Assembly (NCBI GenBank): GCA_964016885.1
Contig: OZ024740.1
Span: 407,216,001 to 407,280,000, forward strand
DNA length: 64,000 nucleotides
Reading direction: 5' to 3'
DNA from: Eledone cirrhosa
Taxonomy: Eukaryota
Shown: positions 1 to 12,300 of the stretch, piece after piece
How positions within the stretch are numbered: the first letter of the stretch is position 1
Layout: the number at the start of each line of letters is the position of its first letter
The notes under the pieces: model-generated
Databases searched by the model: none
What the model saw: only the letters and a program-made list of their open reading frames with translations
Told to the model about the DNA's origin: nothing
Translations under genes and position numbers: made by a program

Positions 1-2647
1 TGTGACACACTGACAAGACACTGAATAGCAATGTGTCCCACTGACAAGACACTGAATAGCAATGTGGCTCACTGACAAGATACTACATAGCAACGTGGCC
101 GAGAGACAAGACACTGAATAGCAATGTGACAGACTGATAAGACACTGAATCGCAATGTCACAGACTGACAAGACACTGAATAGCAATGTGGCCCACTGAC
201 AATACACTGAATAGCAATGTGGCCCACTGACAAGACACTGAATAGCAATGTGGCCCACTGACAAGACACTGAATAGCAAAGTGGCTCACTGATAAGATAC
301 TACATAGCAACGTGGCCGAGAGACAAGACACTGAATAGCAATGTGGCCCACTGACAAGACGCTACATAGCAATGTGGCCCACTGACAAGACCCTACATAG
401 CAATGTGGCCCACTGACAAGACACTGAATAGCAATGTGACAGACTGACAAGACACTGAATAGCAATGTGGCCCACTGACAAGACACGACATAGCAATGTG
501 GCTCACTGACAAGACACTGAATAGCAATGTGACAGACTGACAAGACACTGAATAGCAATGTGGCCCACTGACAAGACACTACATAGCAATGTGGCTCACT
601 GACAAGACACTACATAGCAATGTGGCCCACTGACAAGACACTACATAGCAATGTGGCCCACTGACAAGACACTGAATAGCAATGTGGCCCACTGACAAGA
701 CACTACATAGCAATGTGGCTGACTGACAAGACACTGAATAGCAATGTGACAGACTGACAAGACACTGAATAGCAATGTGACAGACTGACAAGACACTGAA
801 TAGCAATGTGGCCCACTGACAAGACACTACATAGCAATGTGGCCCACTGACAAGACACTGAATAGCAATGTGGCCCACTGACAAGACACTACATAGCAAT
901 GTGGCTCACTGACAAGACACTATATAGCAATGTGGCCCACTGACAAGACACTGAATAGCAATGTGGCCCACTGACAAGACACTACATAGCAATGTGGCCC
1001 ACTGACAAGACACTGAATAGCAATGTGGCCCACTGACAAGACACAACATAGCAATGTGGCCCACTTACAAGACACTACATAGCAATGTGGCCCACTGACA
1101 AGACACTGAATAGCAATGTGGCCCACTGACAGGACACTACATAGCAATGTGGCTCACTGACAAGACACTAAATAGCAATGTGGCCCACTGACAAGACACT
1201 ACATAGAAATGTGGCTCACTGACAAGACACTGAATAGCAATGTGGCCCACTGACAAGACACTGAATAGCAATGTTGCCCACTGACAAGACACTACATAGC
1301 AATGTGGCCCACTGACAAGACACTGAATAGCAATGTGACAGACTGACAAGACACTGAATAGCAATGTGGCCCACTGACAAGACACTACATAGCAATGTGG
1401 CTCACTGACAAGACACTGAATAGCATTGTGGCTCACTGACAAGATACTACATAGCAATGTGGCCGAGAGACAAAACACTGAATAGCAATGTGGACCACAG
1501 ACAAGGTACTGAATAGCAATGTGGCCCACTGACAAGACACTGAATAGCAATATGGCCCACTGACAAGACACTACATAGCAATGTGGCCCACTAACAAGAC
1601 ACTACATAGCAATGTGACCCACTGACAAGACACTGAATAGCAATGTGGGTTACTGACGAGACACTGAATAGCAATGTGGCCCACTGACAAGACACTACCT
1701 AGCAATGTGGCCCACTGACAAGACATTGAATAGCAATAGTGGCTCACTGACAAGACACTGAATAACAATGTGGCCCACTGACAAGACACTGAATAGCAAT
1801 GTGGCCCACTGACAAGACACTGAATACCAATGTGGCCCACTGACAAGACACTACATAGCAATGTGGCCCACTGACAAGACACTGAATAGCAATGTGGCCC
1901 ACTTACAAGACACTGAATAGCAATGTGGCCCACTGACAAAATACTACATAGCAATGTGGCCCACTGACAAGACACTACATAGCAATGTGGCCCACTGACA
2001 AGACACTACATAGCAATGTGGCCCACTGATAAGACACTGAATAGCAATGTGGCCCACTGACAAGACACTGAATAGCAATGTGGCACACTGACAAGACTCT
2101 GCATAGCAATGTGGCCCACTGACAAAACACTACATAGCAATGTGGCCCACTGACAAGACTCTGCATAGCAATGTGGCCCACTGACAAGACACTACATAGC
2201 AATGTGGCCCACTGACAAGATGTTGAATAGCAATGTGGCCCACTGACAAGACACTACATAGCAATGTGGCCCACTGACAAGATGTTGAATAGCAATGTGG
2301 CCCACTGACAAGACACTACAGAGCAACGTGGCCCACTGACAAGATGCTGAATAGCAATGTGGCCCACTGACAAGACACTACATAGCAATGTGTCCCACTG
2401 ACAAGACATTGAATAGCAATGTGGCCCACTGACAAGACACTACATAACAATGTGGCCCACTGACAAGACACTGAATAGCAATGTGGCCCACTGACAAGAC
2501 ACTGAATAGCAATGTGTCTCACTGACAAGACACTACATAGCAATGTGGCCCACTGACAAGACACTGAATAGCAATGTGGCCCACTGACAAGACACTGAAT
2601 AGCAATGTGGCCCACTGACAAGACACTGAATAGCAATGTGGCCCACT

Positions 2648-3763
2648 AACAAGACACTACATAGCAATGTGGCTCACTGACAAGACACTGAATAGCAATG
2701 TGACACACTGACAAGACACTGAATAGCAATGTGTCCCACTGACAAGACACTGAATAGCAATGTGGCTCACTGACAAGATACTACATAGCAACGTGGCCGA
2801 GAGACAAGACACTGAATAGCAATGTGACAGACTGACAAGACACTGAATAGCAATGTGACACACTGACAAGACACTGAATAGCAATGTGGCCCACTGACAA
2901 GACACTGAATAGCAATGTGGCCCACTGACAAGACACTGAATAGCAATGTGGCCCACTGACAAGTCACTACATAGTAATGTGGCCCACTGACAAGACACTG
3001 AATAGCAATGTGGCCCACTTACAAGAAACTGAATAGCAATGTGGCCCACTGACAAAACACTACATAGCAATGTGGCCCACTGACAAGACACTACATAGCA
3101 TTGTGGCCCACTGACAAGACACTACATAGCAATGTGGCCCACTGATAAGACACTGAATAGCAATGTGGCCCACTGACAAGACACTGAATAGCAATGTGGC
3201 CCACTGACAAGACTCTGCATAGCAATGTGGCCCACTGACAAAACACTACATAGCAATGTGGCCCACTGACAAGACTCTGCATAGCAATGTGGCCCATTGA
3301 CAAGACACTACATAGCAATGTGGCCCACTGACAAGATGTTGAATAGCAATGTGGCCCACTGACAAGACACTACAAAGCAATGTGGCCCTCTGACAAGATG
3401 TTGAATAGCAATGTGGCCCACTGACAAGACACTACATAGCAATGTGGCCCAATGACAAGATGCTGAATAGCAATGTGGCCCACTGACAAGACACTACATA
3501 GCAATGTGTCCCACTGACAAGACATTGAATAGCAATGTGGCCCACTGACAAGACACTACATAACAATGTGGCCCACTGACAAGACACTGAATAGCAATGT
3601 GTCCCACTGACAAGACACTGAATAGCAATGTGTCTCACTGACAAGACACTACATAGCAATGTGGCCCACTGACAAGACACTGAATAGCAATGTGGCCCAC
3701 TGACAAGACACTGAATAGCAATGTGGCCCACTGACAAGACACTGAATAGCAATGTGGCCCACT
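2648..3763. repeat. One copy of a recurrent 36-monomer (1,116-bp) higher-order repeat cassette
   Basis: CTAAC marker at 2,648 and 3,764; ORFs 1975/3091 and 2316/3432 are offset by 1,116. The ordered markers (GACAC, GTCCC, CAACGTGGCCGAGAG, GTCAC, CTTAC, GATAAG, GACTCTGC, GATGTT, GATGCT, GACATT, ATAAC, GTCTC) recur many times in the window. Confidence 0.8.
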
Positions 3764-4089
3764 AACAAGACACTACATAGCAATGTGGCTCACTGACAAG
3801 ACACTGAATAGCAATGTGACATACTGACAAGACACTGAATAGCAATGTGTCCCACTGACAAGACACTGAATAGCAACGTGGCTCACTGACAAGATACTAC
3901 ATAGCAACGTGGCCAAGAGACAAGACACTGAATAGCAATGTGACAGACCGACAAGACACTGAATAGCAATGTGACAGACTGACAAGACACTGAATAGCAA
4001 TGTGGCCCACTGACGAGACACTGAATAGCAATGTGGCCCACTGACAAGACACTGAATAGCAATGTGGCCCACTGACAAGACACTACATA

Positions 4090-4500
4090 GCAATGTGACC
4101 CACTGACAAGACACTGAATAGCAATGTGGGTTACTGACGAGACACTGAATAGCAATGTGGCCCACTGACAAGACACTACCTAGCAATGTGGCCCACTGAC
4201 AAGACATTGAATAGCAATAGTGTCTCACTGACAAGACACTGAATAACAATGTGGCCCACTGACAAGACACTGAATAGCAATGTGGCCCACTGACAAGACA
4301 CTGAATAGCAATGTGACCCACTGCCAAGACACTGAATAGCAATGTGGGTTACTGACGAGACACTGACTAGCAATGTGGCCCACTGACAAGACACTACCTA
4401 GCAATGTGGCCCACTGACAAGACATTGAATAGCAATAGTGGCTCACTGACAAGACACTGAATAACAATGTAGCCCACTGACAAGACACTGAATAGCAATG
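4090..4500. repeat. Local tandem duplication of a 7-monomer (218-bp) cassette containing the 32-bp monomer; also at ~13,425-13,835 and ~25,985-26,395
   Basis: GGGTTAC at 4,128 and 4,346; inserted A at 4,219 and 4,437 (offset 218 = 7x31+1). Confidence 0.9.
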
Positions 4501-7500
4501 TGGCCCACTGACAAGACACTGAATAGCAATGTGGCCCACTGACAAGACACTACATAGCAATGTGGCCCACTGACAAGACACTGAATAGCAATGTGGCCCA
4601 CTTACAAGACACTGAATAGCAATGTGGCCCACTGACAAAACACTACATAGCAATGTGGCCCACTGACAAGATACTACATAGCAATGTGGCCCACTGACAA
4701 GACACTACATAGCAATGTGGCCCACTGATAAGACACTGAATAGCAATGTGGCGCACTGATAAGACGCTGAATAGCAATGTGGCCCACTGACAAGACACTG
4801 AATAGCAATGTGGCACACCGACAAGACTCTGCATAGCAATGTGGCCCACTGACAAAACACTACATAGCAATGTGGCCCACTGACAAGACTCTGCATAGCA
4901 ATGTGGCCCACTGACAAGACACTACATAGCAATGTGGCCCACTGACAAGATGTTGAATAGCAATGTGGCCCACTGACAAGACACTACATAGCAATGTGGC
5001 CAACTGACAAGATGTTGAATAGCAATGTGGCCCACTCACAAGACACTACAGAGCAATGTGGCCCACTGACAAGATGCTGAATAGCAATGTGGCCCACTGA
5101 CAAGACACTACATAGCAATGTGTCCCACTGACAAGACATTGAATAGCAATGTGGCCCACTGACAAGACACTACATAACAATGTGGCCCACTGACAAGACA
5201 CTGAATAGCAATGTGGCCCACTGACAAGACACTGAATAGCAATGTGGCCCACTGACAAGACACTGAATAGCAATGTGGCCCACTGACAAGACACTGAATA
5301 GCAATGTGGCCCACTAACAAGACACTACATAACAATGTGGCTCACTGACAAGACACTGAATAGCAATGTGACACACTGACAAGACACTGAATAGCAATGT
5401 GTCCCACTGACAAGACACTGAATAGCAATGTGACAGACTGACAAGACACTGAATAGCAATGTGACAGACTGACAAGACACTGAATAGCAATGTGGCCCAC
5501 TGACAAGACACTGAATAGCAATGTGGCCCACTGACAAGACACTGAATAGCAATGTGGCCCACTGACAAGTCACTACATAGCAATGTGGCCCACTGACAAG
5601 ACACTGAATAGCAATGTGGCCCACTTACAAGACACTGAATAGCAATGTGGCCCACTGACAAAACACTACATAGCAATGTGGCCCACTGACAAGACACTAC
5701 ATAGCAATGTGGCCCACTGACAAGACACTACATAGCAATGTGGCCCACTGATAAGACACTGAATAGCAATGTGGCCCACTGACAAGACACTGAATAGCAA
5801 TGTGGCCCACTGACAAGACTCTGCATAGCAATGTGGCCCACTGACAAAACACTACATAGCAATGTGGCCCACTGACAAGACTCTGCATAGCAATGTGGCC
5901 CAATGACAAGACACTACATAGCAATGTGGCCCACTGACAAGATGTTGAATAGCAATGTGGCCCACTGACAAGACACTACATAGCAATGTGGCCCACTGAC
6001 AAGATGTTGAATAGCAATGTGGCCCACTGACAAGACACTACATAGCAATGTGGCCCACTGACAAGATGCTGAATAGCAATGTGGCCCACTGACAAGACAC
6101 TACATAGCAATGTGTCCCACTGACAAGACATTGAATAGCAATGTGGCCCACTGACAAGACACTACATAACAATGTGGCCCACTGACAAGACACTGAATAG
6201 CAATGTGGCCCACTGACAAGACACTGAATAACAATGTGTCTCACTGACAAGACACTACATAGCAATGTGGCCCACTGACAAGACACTGAATAGCAATGTG
6301 GCCCACTGACAAGACACTGAATAGCAATGTGGCCCACTGACAAGACACTGAATAGCAATGTGGCCCACTAACAAGACACTACATAGCAATGTGGCTCACT
6401 GACAAGACACTGAATAGCAATGTGACACACTGACAAGACACTGAATAGCAATGTGTCCCACTGACAAGACACTGAATAGCAATGTGGCTCACTGACAAGA
6501 TACTACATAGCAACGTGGCCGAGAGACAAGACACTGAATAGCAATGTGACAGACTGACAAGACACTGAATAGCAATGTGACAGACTGACAAGACACTGAA
6601 TAGCAATGTGGCCCACTGACAAGACACTGAATAGCAATGTGGCCCACTGACAAGACACTGAATAGCAATGTGGCCCACTGACAAGACACTGAATAGCAAT
6701 GTGGCCCACTGACAAGACACAACATAGCAATGTGGCCCACTGACAAGACACTACATAGCAATGTGGCCCACTGACAAGACACTGAATAGCAATGTGGCCC
6801 ACTGACAAGACACTACATAGCAATGTGGCTCACTGACAAGACACTGAATAGCAATGTGGCCCACTGACAAGACACTACATAGCAATGTGGCTCACTGACA
6901 AGACACTGAATAGCAATGTGGCCCACTGACAAGACACTGAATAGCAATGTTGCCCACTGACAAGACACTACATAGCAATGTGGCCCACTGACAAGACACT
7001 ACATAGCAATGTGGCCCACTGACAAGACACTGAATAGCAATGTTGCCCACTTACAAGACACTGAATAGCAATGTGGCCCACTGACAAAACACTACATAGC
7101 AATGTGGCCCACTGACAAGACACTACATAGCAATGTGGCCCACTGACAAGACTCTGCATAGCAATGTGGCCCACTGACAAGACACTACATAGCAATGTGG
7201 CCCACTGACAAGATGTTGAATAGCAATGTGGCCCACTGACAAGACACTACATAGCAATGTGGCCCACTGACAAGATGTTGAATAGCAATGTGGCCCACTG
7301 ACAAGACACTACATAGCAATGTGGCCCACTGACAAGATGCTGAATAGCAATGTGGCCCACTGACAAGACACTACATAGCAATGTGTCCCACTGACAAGAC
7401 ATTGAATAGCAATGTGGCCCACTGACAAGACACTGAATAGCAATGTGGCCCACTGACAAGACACTACATAGCAATGTGGCTCACTGACAAGACACTGAAT

Positions 7501-9369
7501 AGCAATGTGGCCCACTGACAAGACACTACATAGCAATGTGGCTCACTGACAAGACACTGAATAGCAATGTGGCCCACTGACAAGACACTGAATAGCAATG
7601 TTGCCCACTGACAAGACACCACATAGCAATGTGGCCCACTGATAAGACACTACATAGCAATGTGGCCCACTGACAAGACACTGAATAGCAATGTGGCCCA
7701 CTGACAAGACACTACATAGCAATGTGGCTCACTGACAAGACACTGAAAAGCAATGTGACAGACTGACAAGACACTGAATAGCAATGTGGCCCACTGACAA
7801 GACACTACATAGCAATGTGGCCCACTGACAAGACACTACATAGCAATGTGGCCCACTGACAAGACACTGAATAGCAATGTGACAGACTGACAAGACACTG
7901 AATAGCAATGTGGCCCACTGACAAGACACTGAATAGCAATGTGGCCCACTGACAAGACACTACATAGCAATGTGGCTCACTGACAAGACACTGAATAGCA
8001 TTGTGGCTCACTGACAAGATACTACATAGCAATGTGGCCGAGAGACAAGACACTGAATAGCAATGTGGCCCACAGACAAGGCACTGAATAGCAATGTGGC
8101 CCACAGACAAGACACTGAATAGCAATGAGGCCCACTGACAAGACACTACATAGCAATATGGCCCACTGACAAGACACTACATAGCAATGTGGCCCACTAA
8201 CAAGACACTACATAGCAATGTGACCCACTGACAAGACACTGAATAGCAATGTGGGTTAATGACGAGACACTGAATAGCAATGTGGCCCACTGACAAGACA
8301 CTACCTAGCAATGTGGCACACTGACAAGACATTGAATAGCAATAGTGGCTCACTGATAAGACACTGAATAGCAATGTGGCCCACTGACAAGACACTGAAT
8401 AGCAATGTGGCCCACTGACAAGACACTGAATAGCAATGTGGCTCACTGACAAGTCACTTCATAGCAATGTGGCCCACTGACAAGACACTGAATAGCAATG
8501 TGGCCCACTTACAAGACACTGAATAGCAATGTGGCCCACTGACAAAACACTACATAGCAATGTGGCCCACTGACAAGACACTACATAGCAATGTGGCCCA
8601 CTGACAAGACACTACATAGCAATGTGGCCCACGGATAAGACACTGAATAGCAATGTGGCCCACTGACAATACACTGAATAGCAATGTAGCCCACTGACAA
8701 GACTCTGCATAGCAATGTGGCCCACTGACAAAACACTACATAGCAATGTGGCCCACTGACAAGACTCTGCATAGCAATGTGGCCCACTGACAAGACACTA
8801 CATAGCAACGTGGCCCACTGACAAGATGTTGAATAGCAATGTGGCCCACTGACAAGACACTACATAGCAATGTGGCCCACTGACAAGATGTTGAATAGCA
8901 ATGTGGCCCACTGACAAGACGCTACATAGCAATGTGGCCCACTGACAAGATGCTGAATAGCAATGTGGCCCACTGACAAGACACTACATAGCAATGTGTC
9001 CCACTGACAAGACATTGAATAGCAATGTGGCCCACTGACAAGACGCTACATAACAATGTGGCCCACTGACAAGACACTGAATAGCAATGTGGCCCACTGA
9101 CAAGACACTGAATAGCAATGTGTCTCACTGACAAGACACTACATAGCAATGTGGCCCACTGACAAGACACTGAATAGCAATGTGGCCCACTGACAAGACA
9201 CTGAATAGCAATGTGGCCCACTGACAAGACACTGAATAGCAATGTGGCCCACTAACAAGACACTACATAGCAATGTGGCTCACTGACAAGACACTGAATA
9301 GCAATGTGACACACTGACAAGACACTGAATAGCAATGTGTCCCACTGACAAGACACTGAATAGCAATGT

Positions 9370-12300
9370 GGCTCACTGACAAGATACTACATAGCAACGT
9401 GGCCGAGAGACAAGACACTGAATAGCAATGTGACAGACTGATAAGACACTGAATAGCAATGTCACAGACTGACAAGACACTGAATAGCAATGTGGCCCAC
9501 TGACAATACACTGAATAGCAATGTGGCCCACTGACAAGACACTGAATAGCAATGTGGCCCACTGACAAGACACTGAATAGCAAAGTGGCTCACTGATAAG
9601 ATACTACATAGCAACGTGGCCGAGAGACAAGACACTGAATAGCAATGTGGCCCACTGACAAGACGCTACATAGCAATGTGGCCCACTGACAAGACCCTAC
9701 ATAGCAATGTGGCCCACTGACAAGACACTGAATAGCAATGTGACAGACTGACAAGACACTGAATAGCAATGTGGCCCACTGACAAGACACGACATAGCAA
9801 TGTGGCTCACTGACAAGACACTGAATAGCAATGTGACAGACTGACAAGACACTGAATAGCAATGTGGCCCACTGACAAGACACTACATAGCAATGTGGCT
9901 CACTGACAAGACACTACATAGCAATGTGGCCCACTGACAAGACACTACATAGCAATGTGGCCCACTGACAAGACACTGAATAGCAATGTGGCCCACTGAC
10001 AAGACACTACATAGCAATGTGGCTGACTGACAAGACACTGAATAGCAATGTGACAGACTGACAAGACACTGAATAGCAATGTGACAGACTGACAAGACAC
10101 TGAATAGCAATGTGGCCCACTGACAAGACACTACATAGCAATGTGGCCCACTGACAAGACACTGAATAGCAATGTGGCCCACTGACAAGACACTACATAG
10201 CAATGTGGCTCACTGACAAGACACTACATAGCAATGTGGCCCACTGACAAGACACTGAATAGCAATGTGGCCCACTGACAAGACACTACATAGCAATGTG
10301 GCCCACTGACAAGACACTGAATAGCAATGTGGCCCACTGACAAGACACAACATAGCAATGTGGCCCACTTACAAGACACTACATAGCAATGTGGCCCACT
10401 GACAAGACACTGAATAGCAATGTGGCCCACTGACAAGACACTGAATAGCAATGTGGCTCACTGACAAGACACTAAATAGCAATGTGGCCCACTGACAAGA
10501 CACTACATAGAAATGTGGCTCACTGACAAGACACTGAATAGCAATGTGGCCCACTGACAAGACACTGAATAGCAATGTTGCCCACTGACAAGACACTACA
10601 TAGCAATGTGGCCCACTGACAAGACACTGAATAGCAATGTGACAGACTGACAAGACACTGAATAGCAATGTGGCCCACTGACAAGACACTACATAGCAAT
10701 GTGGCTCACTGACAAGACACTGAATAGCATTGTGGCTCACTGACAAGATACTACATAGCAATGTGGCCGAGAGACAAAACACTGAATAGCAATGTGGACC
10801 ACAGACAAGGCACTGAATAGCAATGTGGCCCACTGACAAGACACTGAATAGCAATATGGCCCACTGACAAGACACTACATAGCAATGTGGCCCACTAACA
10901 AGACACTACATAGCAATGTGACCCACTGACAAGACACTGAATAGCAATGTGGGTTACTGACGAGACACTGAATAGCAATGTGGCCCACTGACAAGACACT
11001 ACCTAGCAATGTGGCCCACTGACAAGACATTGAATAGCAATAGTGGCTCACTGACAAGACACTGAATAACAATGTGGCCCACTGACAAGACACTGAATAG
11101 CAATGTGGCCCACTGACAAGACACTGAATAGCAATGTGGCCCACTGACAAGACACTACATAGCAATGTGGCCCACTGACAAGACACTGAATAGCAATGTG
11201 GCCCACTTACAAGACACTGAATAGCAATGTGGCCCACTGACAAAATACTACATAGCAATGTGGCCCACTGACAAGACACTACATAGCAATGTGGCCCACT
11301 GACAAGACACTACATAGCAATGTGGCCCACTGATAAGACACTGAATAGCAATGTGGCCCACTGACAAGACACTGAATAGCAATGTGGCACACTGACAAGA
11401 CTCTGCATAGCAATGTGGCCCACTGACAAAACACTACATAGCAATGTGGCCCACTGACAAGACTCTGCATAGCAATGTGGCCCACTGACAAGACACTACA
11501 TAGCAATGTGGCCCACTGACAAGATGTTGAATAGCAATGTGGCCCACTGACAAGACACTACATAGCAATGTGGCCCACTGACAAGATGTTGAATAGCAAT
11601 GTGGCCCACTGACAAGACACTACAGAGCAATGTGGCCCACTGACAAGATGCTGAATAGCAATGTGGCCCACTGACAAGACACTACATAGCAATGTGTCCC
11701 ACTGACAAGACATTGAATAGCAATGTGGCCCACTGACAAGACACTACATAACAATGTGGCCCACTGACAAGACACTGAATAGCAATGTGGCCCACTGACA
11801 AGACACTGAATAGCAATGTGTCTCACTGACAAGACACTACATAGCAATGTGGCCCACTGACAAGACACTGAATAGCAATGTGGCCCACTGACAAGACACT
11901 GAATAGCAATGTGGCCCACTGACAAGACACTGAATAGCAATGTGGCCCACTAACAAGACACTACATAGCAATGTGGCTCACTGACAAGACACTGAATAGC
12001 AATGTGACACACTGACAAGACACTGAATAGCAATGTGTCCCACTGACAAGACACTGAATAGCAATGTGGCTCACTGACAAGATACTACATAGCAACGTGG
12101 CCGAGAGACAAGACACCGAATAGCAATGTGACAGACTGACAAGACACTGAATAGCAATGTGACACACTGACAAGACACTGAATAGCAATGTGGCCCACTG
12201 ACAAGACACTGAATAGCAATGTGGCCCACTGACAAGACACTGAATAGCAATGTGGCCCACTGACAAGACACTGAATAGCAATGTGGCCCACTGACAAGTC

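Larger units (their letters stand above)
1..7230. repeat. Higher-order duplicated block, paralogous to ~9,305-16,130
   Basis: Same ordered variants and near-identical ORF translations at offsets 9,304 (300x31+4), 9,335, 9,397 and 8,901; e.g. +1 A at 1,738 vs 11,042 and 4,219 vs 13,554. Ends approximate. Confidence 0.9.

Noticed and set aside
3773-4342. Cys/His-rich translation as a zinc-finger or metallothionein-like protein
   Set aside because: No C2H2 spacing or TGEKP linker (ZnF arrays have an 84-bp period). The residues result from frame rotation, and stops are frequent.
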